Assembly (NCBI GenBank): GCA_951406725.2
Contig: OX597832.1
Location: 6,448,001-6,512,000, forward strand
Source: Octopus vulgaris
Taxonomy: Eukaryota
Length of the DNA stretch: 64,000 bases
Direction of reading: 5' to 3'
Below, one piece after another: positions 36,323 to 50,529 of this stretch (the stretch's first letter is position 1; every line of letters begins with the position of its first letter). A program made the position numbers and the translations under genes. The notes below the pieces were generated by a model that saw only the letters and a program-made list of their open reading frames with translations, did no database searches and was not told the DNA's origin.

Positions 36323-37960
36323 AGAATATCCTAGCTGAAGCAGGATACAAAGATAAAATATTCTGTATCCCTAAAAATGAAATCAAAGAATATATGAATA
36401 AGGTTTATGCTTTGAATCAAATAGGTAATAAAAAAAGCGAATGTAAAACAAAAAACCTTGAGAAAAATAATGTGATTTCCACTCACCATGCCAACGATCA
36501 CGTTAATAAGAATAGTTGCATAGAGGATAATGATATAATTTTAAGTAAACCCCATAATAAACAGTAATATATTTTTGAGGAAAACATATAATAGACATAA
36601 AAATAGAACTATTGACAAAAAGAGTAACCACTTCCCTAAAAGAAAAGCTAAATCTAGATACATATATAATGGCACAACGCAGATAATTACAAACATACCT
36701 GCAAAAATTTTCCGCTGCATTAGATAAGAACATTTCTACCATTTAGCAAGTATAGCTAGAATTTTTATCAGCACAGGATTAGCTTTGCCTTTTCGACAAG
36801 TAGAGACTTAACACGAATTATTGCAGCACACAAGATAAGGAGGATTAGAGAATTTGCTAATAGGAAACTAGTAAACACAGGTAATAAAACTAATATAAAT
36901 AGAAATAATAACTATACCGATATAGTGGAACGTAATTTGAAAGACTCTCGGGAGATAATGTCTGGTTAACAATAGGAGTGTAAGGGAGATAACTGGGCCC
37001 AAACTACATATTTGAGTTAATTGAACTAAGTGGATAATATAACACACCCAATTTAACATAGAGCAAAACTAATACTACTCATAGGGTATTAAGTAATAAT
37101 ATAGATGAAGTGCCTAATATTTCTGCCAGTAGCAAAGGTTAATATAAATAAGTATCACTGAAACTATCGGAACAAATTATCTCTGCTTGAAGAATAATGC
37201 CTCAGAAAAAACATAGTTTATGGATGTACAGTAACAGCTGATAGTATTTCCAATTATTACATAGGATCATGTTCAACAGACCTTAAGCAAAGATTGCAAG
37301 ACCACCTTTCTTCATTCAAAGATAGGGATAAAATGAATTGTACAAGTTTGAGTGGGTTCACCTGGTCTTTGAAGGATAAGAACACTAAATATGATATTAA
37401 AAGGCCAATAATTAGTAGAGCTTAACAGTATACTGTTGGAAAATCAAAGGATAATTTTATGCTTGGAAGAAATATATACTATATCTTTACCTCTAATTAG
37501 AGGCTATTAAATCATAAAAACGAATTAGCTCTGTGATACATGCATTTTTTTAGGGAAGTATTGAAGTACTCCCCAAGTAAGGATTTTCAATAGGATATCA
37601 AACAGGTAAAAGTACACATAAAATAACATAGTTTAAAACTATATATTTACTCTTGTTAGTTTTTAACAATATTACAATAAACCTCACTATTTATTTTTTC
37701 ATTTTCTCATTATTTAGTCTTTCTTTTTATTCCTTTTAATCCTGCCAAAATACCGCCTGGATTTACCTGGGATTTTAACTAAGGACCTATACCTTCATGG
37801 AAGTACCAACCAACACCCAAATCCTCTCCCACCTGTATTTTACAGTACTCTTTCTTCTTCCATTTACTTCATTATTTTTCTATTTTATTCCTTATAACCT
37901 GTGAATATATTTTATTCCTTGTAAACTGTAAATTTTCCCTGTCTAAAATATTCATACCTT

Positions 37961-38036
37961 GTCCCTGATGACAGAATACCCAGTATATGGACATGCTAAC
38001 CTACCTCTTGGATTATCCCAGAAATGGCTGTAAGAC
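37961..38036 (+). ncRNA. Degenerate Penelope pLTR hammerhead ribozyme
   Basis: gtcc-CTGATGA-...-GAAA-t-ggct-g-TA-agac, downstream of the GIY-YIG region. Stems I and II carry mismatches. Confidence 0.5.
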
Positions 38037-38354
38037 TTCAAATTCACCTTACCCAAATTAAATTATTCTAAATTACTTGAGATACTTGTTCTGCCTTGGT
38101 TTTGCTTTTTCCTCTAATATAATGTATACCTGCTATAACAGAACCCTAATATGGATCCCTAGATCCAGCCTCAGCTGTGAACTTGGAACCTAACGGATGA
38201 CCAACTATAGCACTAACTTAACATACCTATTCCTTTAGATCACAAGTGAACTAACTCCCTCATATCATATATATATATATATATATATATGTACAAACAT
38301 TTATATATATATATATATATACATACATATATATTATATATATATATATATATA

Positions 38355-39755
38355 TCATCATCATCATCATCATCATTTAACGTCCGTTTTCCGCGCTAGC
38401 ACGGGTTGGACGGTTCGACCGGGGTCTGGGAAGCCAGGGGCCGCTCCAGGCTCCAGTCTGATCTGGCAGAGTTTCTACGGCTGGATGCCCTTCCTAACGC
38501 CAACCACTCCGTGAGTGGAGTGGGTGCTTTTTACGTGCCACCTGCACAGGGGCCGGGGGGTCCGGCATCGGTCATGATCAGTTCGAGCTTTTAACGTGCC
38601 AGCGGTACGGGGGCAACGGGATCCGGGGTACTTTGGGGATCCGGGGTACTTTGAATGGGTAGGGGGTATGTGGAATTGCTGCAGAAAGCAGCCCGGGTCT
38701 TTGCAGTCACAGCATATCTCCAGAGATCTCGGTCCTTCGCCATTGCCTCAGTGAGGCCCAATGCTCTGAGGTCATGCTTGACTACTTCATCCCATGTCTT
38801 CCTGGGTCTACCTCTCCCCCTGATACCTTCAACTGTTTGGGAGTGGCACTTCTTCACACATCTCTCTTCATCCATCCGCAGCACATGACCATACCATCGC
38901 AAGCGTCGCTCTTGCACACCACATCTGATGCTTCTTATATCCAGCATTTCTCTCAGGATGCTTACACTCTGTCTTGCGTGCACACTGACACTACACTTCC
39001 AGCGGATCATGCTAGCTTCATTTCTTTCAAGTCTACGCATGTCCTCTGCAGTCACAGCCCATGTTTCATTACCGTGAAGCATGGCAGTTCGCACACATGC
39101 ATCATACAGTCTACCTTTCGCTCTGAGGGAGAGACCTTTTGTTGCCAGTAGGGGTAGGAGCTTTCTGAACTTTGCCCAGGCTATTTGTATTCTAGTGGTG
39201 ATACTCTCTGTGCATCCACCTCCGCTACTAACTTGGTCACCCAGGTAGCGGAAACTACCAACTACTTCTAGTTTCTCTCCCTGGAGTGTGATGGAATCTG
39301 TTTTCTGAGTGTCTGTTGTGTCTATTGTCCCTGTGCATCTGCCGCACATGAAAGCTATCTTATCTGTTAATTTCCCTTTAATGTTGCTGCACCTCTTATG
39401 TGTCCATAGCTTACATTGGCTGCATCTTATGGAGTTTCTACCTGTACCTTTCTTACAGATTGAGCAGGGCCACCTACCCGAGGGTGTGTGTGCTGAGTAC
39501 CTCTTGCTGCTTACTAATACTTTTGTCTTTGCTACATTTATTCTAAGGCCCTTTGATTCTAACCCTTGCTTCCACACCCGAAATTTCTTTTCTAGTTCCG
39601 GTAGTGATTCTGCTATGAGAGCTAGGTCATCGGCATAGAGGAGCTCCCAGGGGCATCCCGTTTTGAATTCCTCTGTTATTGCCTGAAGGACTATGATGAA
39701 TAAAAGGGGACTGAGGGCTGAGCCCTGGTGCACACCTACTTCTACCTGGAATTCT

Positions 39756-39760
<5 letters not shown>
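38355..39760 (-). mobile_element. RTE-clade LINE, 5'-truncated and young; uninterrupted RT C-terminal ORF with Cys-rich insert
   Basis: [44 protein letters not shown], a 3' UTR and a (GAT)n tail. Both ends abut (TA)n. Confidence 0.93.
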
Positions 39761-39813
<53 letters not shown>

Positions 39814-41310
39814 TATGTATATATACATATATATGTATATATATATATATATATATATACATACATACCCACACACTCGCATGCATCCCTACCCACATAC
39901 ATACACGCACACCTACTCACACACACACATACACACACACATACCCGCACACACACACACATACATACATACACACACATACCTACTTCAGACATACACA
40001 CACACAGACATACCCATACACTCACACGCATACACACACACACATACACATGCACACGTACACATACACACACACACACACACCTACATACATACATTAC
40101 ACTTGTATACACACATACTTACATTCATACACACACACACCTACACAGCTATACCCTCACTCAGACACACACACCTACCTACACACACACACAAACACAC
40201 ACAGACACACACCCATACATACATACATCTACACACACACGCCTACACACATACATACACACATACATAAACACACACACATACACATACACACACATAC
40301 GCACACACACATATACTTATACACATGCACACACACACATACATACATACACCCATACACATACACACACACATACCTACATACTCCTATACGCACATAC
40401 ATACACACAGACATACACACATACACACTCACACAAACATACACACACACATACTTACACACACACTCGCCTGCACACATGCATGACAAACACCCATACA
40501 CTCACACTCACATACGCACACACCAACATAAACACGCACACGCACACACACACCTACACTCCCACACACATACATACATACGCACCTACATACGCACACG
40601 CACGCATACACACGCACACACACATACATTACACACGTACACACACACCTACATACACATGCATACACACACACACAAACATGCACGGACACACCCAAAC
40701 ATACATACATACACCTATACACACACGCCCACACACCTACATACACACACATACATACACACACATACACGGACACACCCATACATACATACACCTATAC
40801 ACACACGCCTACACACCTACATACACACACATGCATACACACACACATGTACGCACATACACACACATATACGCACATACATATATACCCACACACATGC
40901 ACACACACACACATGCATGCACACGCGCACACCTACACGCATACATGCATACACACACACACACGCACGTACACATACATACATACACACACACATACAT
41001 ACACCCATACACATACATGCATCCTACACACACATACATACACACTCACACATACATACACACACACACACACTCACTCACACACCTGTATGTACGCGCA
41101 CACACATGCACATACACACACTTCCACACACCCACACGTACATACATACACACTCATACACATACACACACACACACGGACATACATCTATGCACACACA
41201 TATATACATACATACTTACATACATTCATCGGACACACTGACACCCAGACATACACACAGACACACTCACACATCCACACACATACATACTTACACACAC
41301 ACTCGTAGGC
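39760..41310. repeat. Compound (TA)n/(CA)n/(CATA)n microsatellite tract
   Basis: Read directly. It is the source of the spurious His/Thr/Tyr-rich ORFs. Confidence 0.95.
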
Positions 41311-42053
41311 GCGCGCACACACGCGCTTGCGCCGGTTCGCGCACACATACGCGCATGCATGCACCTCGCTCTTGGACCCGACGAGACCTCCCGCTCGTTT
41401 CTGGGGCCGTCGCCTGTCGTTGGGTTCTCCCACGCCCGTCTCCGCGGGACCACTCTTCCATCTTCCCCTCAGCTGGAGTCCTTTTTCCTTATAACACCCC
41501 CTTTTTTGTTACACACACGCGCACACATACATACACCCACTCACACACACACATTTGCTTAAATATATACATTACTCTTACACACACTTCAAATCTACTC
41601 GCCATACATACAACTACGACACTGGACACACACACACTACTACTCAACACACACGCTGGCACGTTACATACGCCCCCACCCCTTCCCCTCCCTCCCTTCC
41701 TCCTTCCTTCATTTTCTTACTACTGACCACTGTCTGCTATGCCTACTACTGTTCGCCCTACCTCACACGCCTACACACAGACGCACACACTAACATATAC
41801 ATATATTTTTTGTTTTTTTATCTCGCCTCACACACACATACACACACGCACACGCACACACTCACACATACACACACATCTGTTGCGTTACCAACCCTGT
41901 CTCCACTCTTTTGGCTTTAAAAACCTACTTTGCTCTTGTTATCGTAAACTTCCGCCTTTCACCATGTGTACTTCGTAAACACCAGTCATTTTTTTTTTTC
42001 TCCCTCTTGTTGCCCACTTTGGGATCTTTCTTTCCTCTCTCTTCCTTCTTTAT

Positions 42054-42088
42054 GTTTCCGACGAAGAGCTCCGCTCGAAACGTCATAC
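42054..42088 (+). ncRNA. Minimal hammerhead motif (U4C variant), second copy
   Basis: gttt-CCGACGA-a-gagc-tcc-gctc-GAAA-cg-TC-atac, GUC triplet. Flanks are homologous to 4530-4650. Confidence 0.55.
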
Positions 42089-42645
42089 CTTCCTGCTTCC
42101 ATCTTTCCTGAGCGCCTATTAATAATAATACTGTAATTGTTCCACGTGTTGTTGTTTTTTCTGTTTTCCCGTTTGGATTAAAATTATATATATTTATATA
42201 TACATACACACACACATACATATACATATGTATATATCTGTGTTTGTCTCCTCATTACCTCTTGACAACCAATATTGGTGTGTTTACATCCCTGAAACTT
42301 AATGGTTCGGCAAAAGAGACCGAGAGAATAAGCAATAGGCTTACAAAGAATAAGTCCTGGGGTTGATTTGTTCAACTCAAGGTGGTGCTCCAGCGTGGCC
42401 ACAGTCAAATTACTGGAACAAGTAAAGGAATAAAAGAATATATGTACTTTTTAATCCATTTTTCCATGTTTGCCCCTTCTGGTACCAGCCCTTTTTCCTT
42501 TCCCAGGTAAAGGATAACATATTTTACACATCTTTGAAATGGGATGTTGTTCATGTGAAGGTGTCAATGACATTGATTTCATCAATTTGAGAAATATGCG
42601 AACAAACACATGTGCATGTACACACACACACTCATGCAAACACAC

Positions 42646-42705
<60 letters not shown>

Positions 42706-42707
<2 letters not shown>

Positions 42708-42992
42708 GTACGTGGCCGATACCAGCACTGCCTTGACTGGCTTCCGTGCCGGTGGCATGTAAAAAGCACCAACTGATCATGGTTGTTGCCAGCCTACCCT
42801 GGCACCTGTGCCGGTGGCACGTAAAAAGCACCCACTACATTCACGGAGTGGTGGCGTTAGGAAGGGCATCCAGCTGTAGAAACACTGCCAGATCAGACTG
42901 GAGCCTGGTGCAGCCTCCATGGCTTCCCAGACCCCAGTCAAACTGTCCAACCCATGCCAGCATGGAAAACGGACGTTAAACGATGATGATGA

Positions 42993-42995
<3 letters not shown>
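42706..42995 (+). mobile_element. RTE-type 3' tail element inserted in (TA)n
   Basis: ggcgttaggaagggcatccagc...ggacgttaaacgatgatgat, flanked by (TA)n on both sides. Confidence 0.8.
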
Positions 42996-43038
<43 letters not shown>

Positions 43039-43064
43039 GGGTGTGTGTGATTGTGTATAGAAGA

Positions 43065-43560
<496 letters not shown>

Positions 43561-44319
43561 TGTATGTATGTATGTATGTATGTAGGTAGGTGCACATTTA
43601 TTTATGAGTACTTATATACATATATTAGAATTTGATCATTAGCACTTGAGAGTATTGATGTAGGGTGCTTATGAGTATATTTGTATAGGGGTATGTGCTT
43701 CTGTATACATACATATATATGTATTCGAGAATGTATATATACATATACTTATCTGCCTTCATACGTGCATACACACACATACATATGTGCATACATACAT
43801 ACATACACATACTTATATGTATACATATATACACATACATTCATGCCTGCACATACATACATACATACATACATACATACATACACACACACGTACATAC
43901 ACACATACATACACACACAGACACACACACATACATACCTGCATGTATACATATATATATATGCATGCATGCATACGTTCATACATACCTAAATACAGAC
44001 AGACAGATTACAAATTTATATTTATACCAATAATAATTGGAGCACTTCAACTAAGTCTGGATAAGCTTGGATTTTCAGAAAAAGAAAACAACCAACTGAC
44101 TCACACATTACAAATACAATGTGTAAGTGGAACAATAAACATTTGCAAGACCTTTCTTAAGTTTAAAATGTGACTTTGTTTTTGTTAATTACATTCCAAT
44201 GATGGAACTTTGTATTTTTGTTAGAAACCAGTTCCTTCCTCAAAAGAAGAGTTTAAATAATTAAAAACAGAAAAAAAGACATATATGCATGCACACACAC
44301 ACACGTATTTGTACTGGCA

Positions 44320-45945
44320 GTGAATCCTTTGTCAGTCCTGTTAACAAAATGCCATGGCTACATGCTAGGATTAGTAGAAAAGAATAAAATTAATGTCACC
44401 CACACATTTTTTGCTGATGACCTAAAGTTGTATTCTGGTAATATGATCAACATCAATAGCCAAATAGAACTAGTTATAACATTTTCATGAGATATAGGAA
44501 TGAAGTTTGGGCAAGATAAATGCTAATACATGATAATCAACCAAGGAAAGATTGCCGACCAGATAGAGAATATGTACATCAATGGCTTGTCTATCTCCTC
44601 TATTTCTAATAGTAAAAGTTACAAGTAGCTTAGAATCAATGAGAATGTTGCATTCATTGGTGCTGTGACTAAAGCCAGAATAACAAAAGAGTACTTTTGT
44701 AGACTCTGGAAAATATGGAACTCAGAGCTATCTGCATTTAACATGACCATATCTCACAATACTTTTACAATATCAGTGCTAGTACAAACATTTGAGATAA
44801 TGGACTAAACACTCAATGAAATATGCAGCCTGAACATCAAAACCAGAAAGGTATTGACCACTGCTGGCAACTTCCACATTAACAGTGATACCAAGGGGAT
44901 TTATGTGAGATGAAGTGATGGCAGCAGAGGCATAAGGTCAGTCCAAACAGCCTTTGAATGTCACATTGTATCACTCAGACAACATGTATTAAACAGTAAG
45001 GAAAGAAATGAATACATTCCATGCATACTAAAAAGGGAGAGCAACAACATCTTCAGTGTTGGAGAAGAACTACTATACAAATACTATGAGAATACAAAAG
45101 GTCTCATATGACCCAAAGGAGGTTGGACCGGCCTACCTAAACAGAAGCTTGAAGCAGAAGTAGGCAGAAGTGCCAACAAAGTAGAAGTAGCAGAAGTACC
45201 TACAAAAAGCAAGGCATGGGTACATATCCCACAAGCTAGAAGGCAAGAAGTGTTGACAGGAAGAGTAGCCTGTCTTGGACCTATGATAGATTACATCCCA
45301 CCTAGAAGGATATGCCTTTACGGTTCAGGAACAGGAGATGGCTACTAAATACCTGATAAACAAGATGAATAAGGATACCACCAAACCTCCACGTTGTGAT
45401 AAAGAATGTCAGCTCTGCCACACCAATTTGGAAGATATTACCCACATCATCAGCACTGCTCCAAAATGTCTACAAGATACCACCTGCCCCTGAGGCATGA
45501 TATAGTTGCAAAGACTATTTACAATGCTATCTACAAGAAGGACTGCCCTAATGTATACATCAAAAGCATGCCAGTACGAGCAGATATTCACACCTTTAAA
45601 AATAAGGAATACTGGTAGAACACCCCCAATAAAACAGCAATTTGTTACAAACATAAGAGACCTAATATTGTTCTCTGTTGTAGAGGTCAGCTGCCCAGCA
45701 GATGTGAATGCACAATCAAAAGTCCCAGAAAAAGAGAATGTTTATGGCAAATTAATGCAGAACTTACAGCTTTTGTATCCTGACTATGAATTTTCATTTG
45801 TACCTATCATCATATGTACATTAGATTATATACCGACAAATTTGCACAAAAACTTAGAAATATTTGGTTTCACAGAGAAAGAACAAAAAAACTAAAGCAG
45901 ATTGTCCAGTGGCACAGTGAAGATTTGTAACACATTCCAAAAATT
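44320..45945 (+). mobile_element. R4/Dong-like non-LTR retrotransposon: RT C-terminus, CCHC and restriction-like endonuclease, decayed
   Basis: FFADDLKLY, DIGMKFGQDKC, QEQEMAT, CQLC...EDITHIISTC, RHDIVAK and VEVSCP...EK..Y motifs. Confidence 0.85.
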
Positions 45946-46519
45946 CTACATCTGAGATTCTTATGTGAATAAATGCACACACTTGGGTATATGCATCGAC
46001 AGTTCAACTCAACCATATATATTGCCTTCACTGCACCTCTCTCTTTCACAATAGTCATCACATATATATATTCTTTTACTGATTCCAATCTTTTGAATTG
46101 CACACATGCAAGGCACCTTCATCAAATATCTATTGATATCATACTGGGCCCAGTCTTTATTTTATCCATCTTTATTTATCAAACTGTTTAGTTAGAGAAC
46201 ATAAAGAGATACAACATAACATCAGATTTTAGACCAGTGTAAACATAAACATAGACATGCAAGCACACACACATACAAACATGTACAGGCACACACACAC
46301 ATGTACACACATGTACAGACACACACATACACACACACACACACATGCAAACACACACATATACAGACACACACATACACACACACACACATGCAAACAC
46401 ACACATGTACAGACACACACATAGATGAACACAGTACCACTTTTCTGTGAAGTAAACGTGTGGCTTGACAACTTACTGTTGATAATCTTACATTTTACCT
46501 TGCAACATTTCGAGAAATG

Positions 46520-46825
46520 CCTTCTCTTCATCATTCAAGTCTTGTGCAACATGACTTTCGGAAACATTTTTTCACGCTAAGAGTTACTGAAGTATGGAAT
46601 GATCTGCTGGCATCAGTTGTTAGCTGTCGGAGCACTACATCTTTCAAAACTTCCATGCTTCCTGAGATTCGCCAACACTACACCTGATTTTCTCCCCTCC
46701 ATACACACGCAATAATGTATCTGACTCATACACTGTTCACTTTCCATACATTTCTACATTCCTGCATATGCTTTATACGCACTTTTGACAAGTTGTGGTG
46801 CACCTGAGCACTGTATACAATAATT

Positions 46826-46865
<40 letters not shown>

Positions 46866-46870
46866 CATCA
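46520..46870 (+). mobile_element. CR1/L2-like LINE 3' end with (ATT)n tail
   Basis: RKHFFTLRVTEVWNDL terminal peptide. Homologous to 13930-14275. Confidence 0.7.
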
Positions 46871-46979
46871 TTTACTGACACTCATCCAGCTAGATCACCA
46901 TGTTCACTAATTACTTCATTAGGATTCTCAGATCATAAATAAAAATAAAAAAATAAGGATAATAATAATACCAACAACA

Positions 46980-48006
46980 ACAAGAGCACTCAGAGAGCAC
47001 AAACCTCTGCCAAGGCAATACCAACGTCCTCTCAACAATTAACCGGAGATGATTTTTAAAATGAGAATATCTGGATTAAACTCAACTGCTCTCACAAAAA
47101 AGAATACTAAAAATGAACCCGAAAACTGGAAAAATAATCCAGAATCCTTGACTGGTACCTGATTGATCCCAATGGTAGTCATGGAATGTGAAGGTGAGTG
47201 TGTGGGCCATGTTTGTAATGCTGTTTGTGTGTCGTCTGCAGTGGGTACAGGGAGTTTTCTCTTTGAAGGCCTTTTTTAGTCTATCCACTGATATAGTGTC
47301 TTTACAACCATAAAGGTCTACAGTGAAAAATTTATCCATGTGTGAAAGAAAATGGAAAGGACCTGCATATGGTGCTGTTAATGGAGGTTTAACAACATCG
47401 TTGCGCACAAAAACATGAGTCCAAGAAGTAAAGCTTCCTTCAAGGCAGAGCTAGAAATGCAATTGTCAAGTAGCTAAGAGGTTTTAAACAGAGGCGATAT
47501 ATTCAAAATTGATAAAATTAAAAATTGTCAAGGCTAAATTAAATTTATTATTGTTACCGAATATGTTAGTGTTATTTAATTTCTGAACAGTTTTGCTGCC
47601 GTTTGTTTATGCAGTTTGATTTCTTTATCCATCAATTTCTACTAAGATAGAGATGCGAGTAAAATTAATAATAGAGAAATGAAAATAAAACTTTGGAAAC
47701 AGCAACACCACCATAACTTATGTGGAAACTAAGAGTGTGCTTTCAAGGGAGATAATCAGAGAAAGACTTAAAAGTGAATGTAAGATCATAATACTTCATG
47801 TAAAGTAAATATAACAAATAATCCAAAATCCTTGTTGGTATCAGATCAATCCCAAAATCTAATCAGTTTGTGCCAGTCATGAGGCCAAACATCCCTGAAA
47901 GTTTCATCCAAGTCCATCAAGCAGTTCTTGAAATATTTTGTCCACAGACAAAGAAGCAAAGAAACACAACTGAAAACAATACCTCCGCCTTTGCTAAGGC
48001 AGGGTG
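46980..48006. mobile_element. Non-autonomous element with subterminal inverted motifs (Helentron-like, tentative), split by other DNA
   Basis: cctctgccaaggc near the left end and cctccgcctttgctaaggcagagg hairpin at the right end. Similar aaaat..tcca.aatccttg..tggta.c.gat segments at about 47130 and 47820. Confidence 0.4.
47185..47430 (-). mobile_element. Gypsy integrase C-terminal (GPY/F) fragment
   Basis: THVFVRND..KPPLTAPYAGPF...DTISVDRLK. Confidence 0.75.
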
Positions 48007-48056
<50 letters not shown>

Positions 48057-48057
48057 C

Positions 48058-48267
48058 CTATCTACTATAGGCACAAGGCCTGAAATTTTGGGGGAGGTAG
48101 CCAGTTGATTAGATCAACCTCAGTATGTAACTGGTACTTAATTTATCAACCCCGAAAGGGTGAAAGACCAAGTCAACCTTGGTAGAATTTGAACTCAGAA
48201 TGTAACAATGAGCAAAATACACTAAGCATTTTGTCCAACATGCTAATGATTCTGCCAGCTTGCCGCC

Positions 48268-48270
<3 letters not shown>
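48058..48270 (-). mobile_element. Meta-domain SINE within (AAT)n
   Basis: Family head and core, flanked by (aat)n tracts. Confidence 0.75.
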
Positions 48271-48336
<66 letters not shown>

Positions 48337-48611
48337 GTTGTTGTTGTTATTGTTGATTTAACTCAGGCTCATTCTTATTTCTGGGAGAATTTATGTGGGT
48401 AGCAGGTTTCTACCTGTAACCTTAGGTATCCACAAGGTTTCAATAGTCTTTCAAGTGTTTAAAACCCTCCTGATAATCTTTCCTGTCCCTAAGAACCAAA
48501 CTTTCTGTAGAAGCTCTACAATATTCTATTCCAATCTCCTTTAAACATTTATTTTTTTACTTGTTTTAGTCATTTCATTGCAGCCATGCTGGAGCATTGC
48601 CTTGAGATTTG

Positions 48612-48619
<8 letters not shown>

Positions 48620-48644
<25 letters not shown>

Positions 48645-50480
48645 GAGTGAGAGAGCAGTGCATGCCATCAAAGTGACACTGAGGTAAAACATACGAAGCC
48701 CAGTATTTCCATCATGACTGCCCGTCTGATAAGGGTACACTAGGTACATGCATCACAACCATATGTGTGCAACACATCAAGATAAATAGCACAACACCTT
48801 GCAGGTGGGGCCCCGTTAGAATTTTCTTCTGGTTGAGTAACCCATCCCGTTCAAAAGGTCCCTGAATAAGGGTTGTTTAAAGATGTAGAATAAAACACCC
48901 ATGTTTCCAGAGGCGAATTATTCAAACTCCAAAGAATCTCTTTCAACACATGGCCATGATGCTCTCCCACTACTTCTGCTCGTGGTCAGAGATGCACATA
49001 TTGTCAGCCACTAAGGGACATGCTGAACTGGTAAAGGCCAAACAACTGACAAGCAAATCTGTGGTATTGAGCAGAATATTTGCTGTAGCCCATCTTTTAT
49101 GAGGGATGTTCAATAAGTAATGCCTCTGACCCACTTGCAGTTGTTTGATCTAGCTGAAATTTTGCATGTGCAATCATTTATATCTCTATAGAGTAAGTGG
49201 CAAATCACAGCTCTGAATTAATTGTGGTTTCTGATTTACAGGTGTTTGAACCGAGTCAAGTGTGAAATGGAGCCTGTTGAGTGTCGAGCAGTGATCCGGT
49301 TTTTGTATTGGAAAGGACGTACACCACGGGAGACTTTTGATGAAATGAAAGTAACTTATGGTGATGATGCCCCATCATATGACCTTGTAAAACGCTGGCA
49401 TCGTGAATTCAAACATGGTCGGAACTCTGTGGAAACAGCTCCCAGATCTGGTCGCCCCCTTCTGCCATTGATGAGGCATCTGTCCATCAAGTTGAGGCTG
49501 CCATTTTGGAAGATTGACGCATAATTATTCGCCAAATAGCCCATGAGGTCAAGATTAGTACCGGGTCTGTGGAAACTATCATTCATGACCATTTGCATAT
49601 GCAAAAGGTGTCTGCCAGATGGATTCCCAGGTTGCTCACGCCTTTCCAGAAGCAAGAACGCATCGAGTGCTCGAGGGTGAATTTGGAGATGTGCCAAGAA
49701 GATGAGTCAAAATTTTTCAAAAGACTGATTACACAGGATGAAACCTGGGTCCATCACGATGATCCAGAGACCAAAGCCCAGTCAATGCAGTGGAAGCACC
49801 GTGACTCACCCTCTCCAAAGAAGGCAAAGGTGCAGCCCTCCGCTGGCAAGGTCATGCTCACAGTCTTCTGGGACCAGGACGGAGTAGTGATGCCAGATTT
49901 CCTGGCAAAGGGTACCACAATTGCAGGAGCCTATTATGCTTCACTTTTGAGGAAATTAAGAGAAGTTATCAAAATCAAGAGGTGGGGCAAGATCAGTAAA
50001 GGCATCCTCCTCCTGCAGGACAACGCTCCGGTCCACAACTCGCTTGTCGCCAGATCAGAAGCACAGGCGTATGGCTATGAACTCCTCCCCATCCCCCTAC
50101 TTTCCTGACCTTGCACCCTCTGATTTTCACCTCTTCCCAATCATGAAGTTGTTTTTGAAAGGAAAGCGTTTCCCAGATGATGCAGCCTTGATTTCTGAAG
50201 TCACGTTGAGGTTGGAGGACCAAGCTGGGTTCTTCTACAAAAACGGTCTCCAGAGCCACATCAAACGATGGAAGAAATGCGTAACTCTGGGTGGTTCCTA
50301 TGTAGAAAAAGACTAATAACTGTGCCAAGTTTCGTTGCTCTACTGCTATGGGAAGTGGGTCAGGGGCATTACTTATTGAACGCCCCTCGTATACCAAGAC
50401 AAAACAATGTACATGATAACACTTCCAATCAGTTAAGATCAGAAGCCACGAGAGCCACTGCCTGGTACTGCATCAGGACA
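48620..50480 (-). mobile_element. Retroelement 3' UTR-like repeat ending in (AAT)n, split by the mariner
   Basis: Non-repetitive-looking sequence continues across the mariner TA site (catctttTAtaccaagac) and ends at an (att)n run. Confidence 0.45.
49100..50389 (+). mobile_element. Mariner transposon, full length, frameshifted transposase
   Basis: TIRs tgagggatgttcaataagtaatgcctctgacccactt / aagtgggtcaggggcattacttattgaacgcccctcg, with TA TSD. WIPRLL, TQDETW, LQDNAPVH and PDLAPSDFHLF, consistent with DD34D. Confidence 0.95.
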
Positions 50481-50529
50481 TAGGACAAAACAATGTACAT
50501 GATAATACCGTTTTTAACACTGTTATTAT

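Larger units (their letters stand above)
34690..38250 (+). mobile_element. Penelope-like element, decayed, with RT, GIY-YIG endonuclease and 3' pLTR; interrupted by SINEs
   Basis: FIQLDIANYYAS, FDITRG...DLVGIYIL, GLYRD and YHKPND...SSNH (RT); YIGSCSTDLKQRLQDHLSSF (GIY-YIG, about 37257); hammerhead remnant at 37961. Confidence 0.8.

Noticed and set aside
39761-39910. N-terminal extension of the 439-aa RT ORF
   Set aside because: This is (TA)n microsatellite; the LINE is 5'-truncated at about 39760.
39693-41726. 677-aa His/Thr/Tyr-rich ORF and overlapping ORFs
   Set aside because: Translation of a (CA)/(TA) microsatellite that lacks stop codons by composition.
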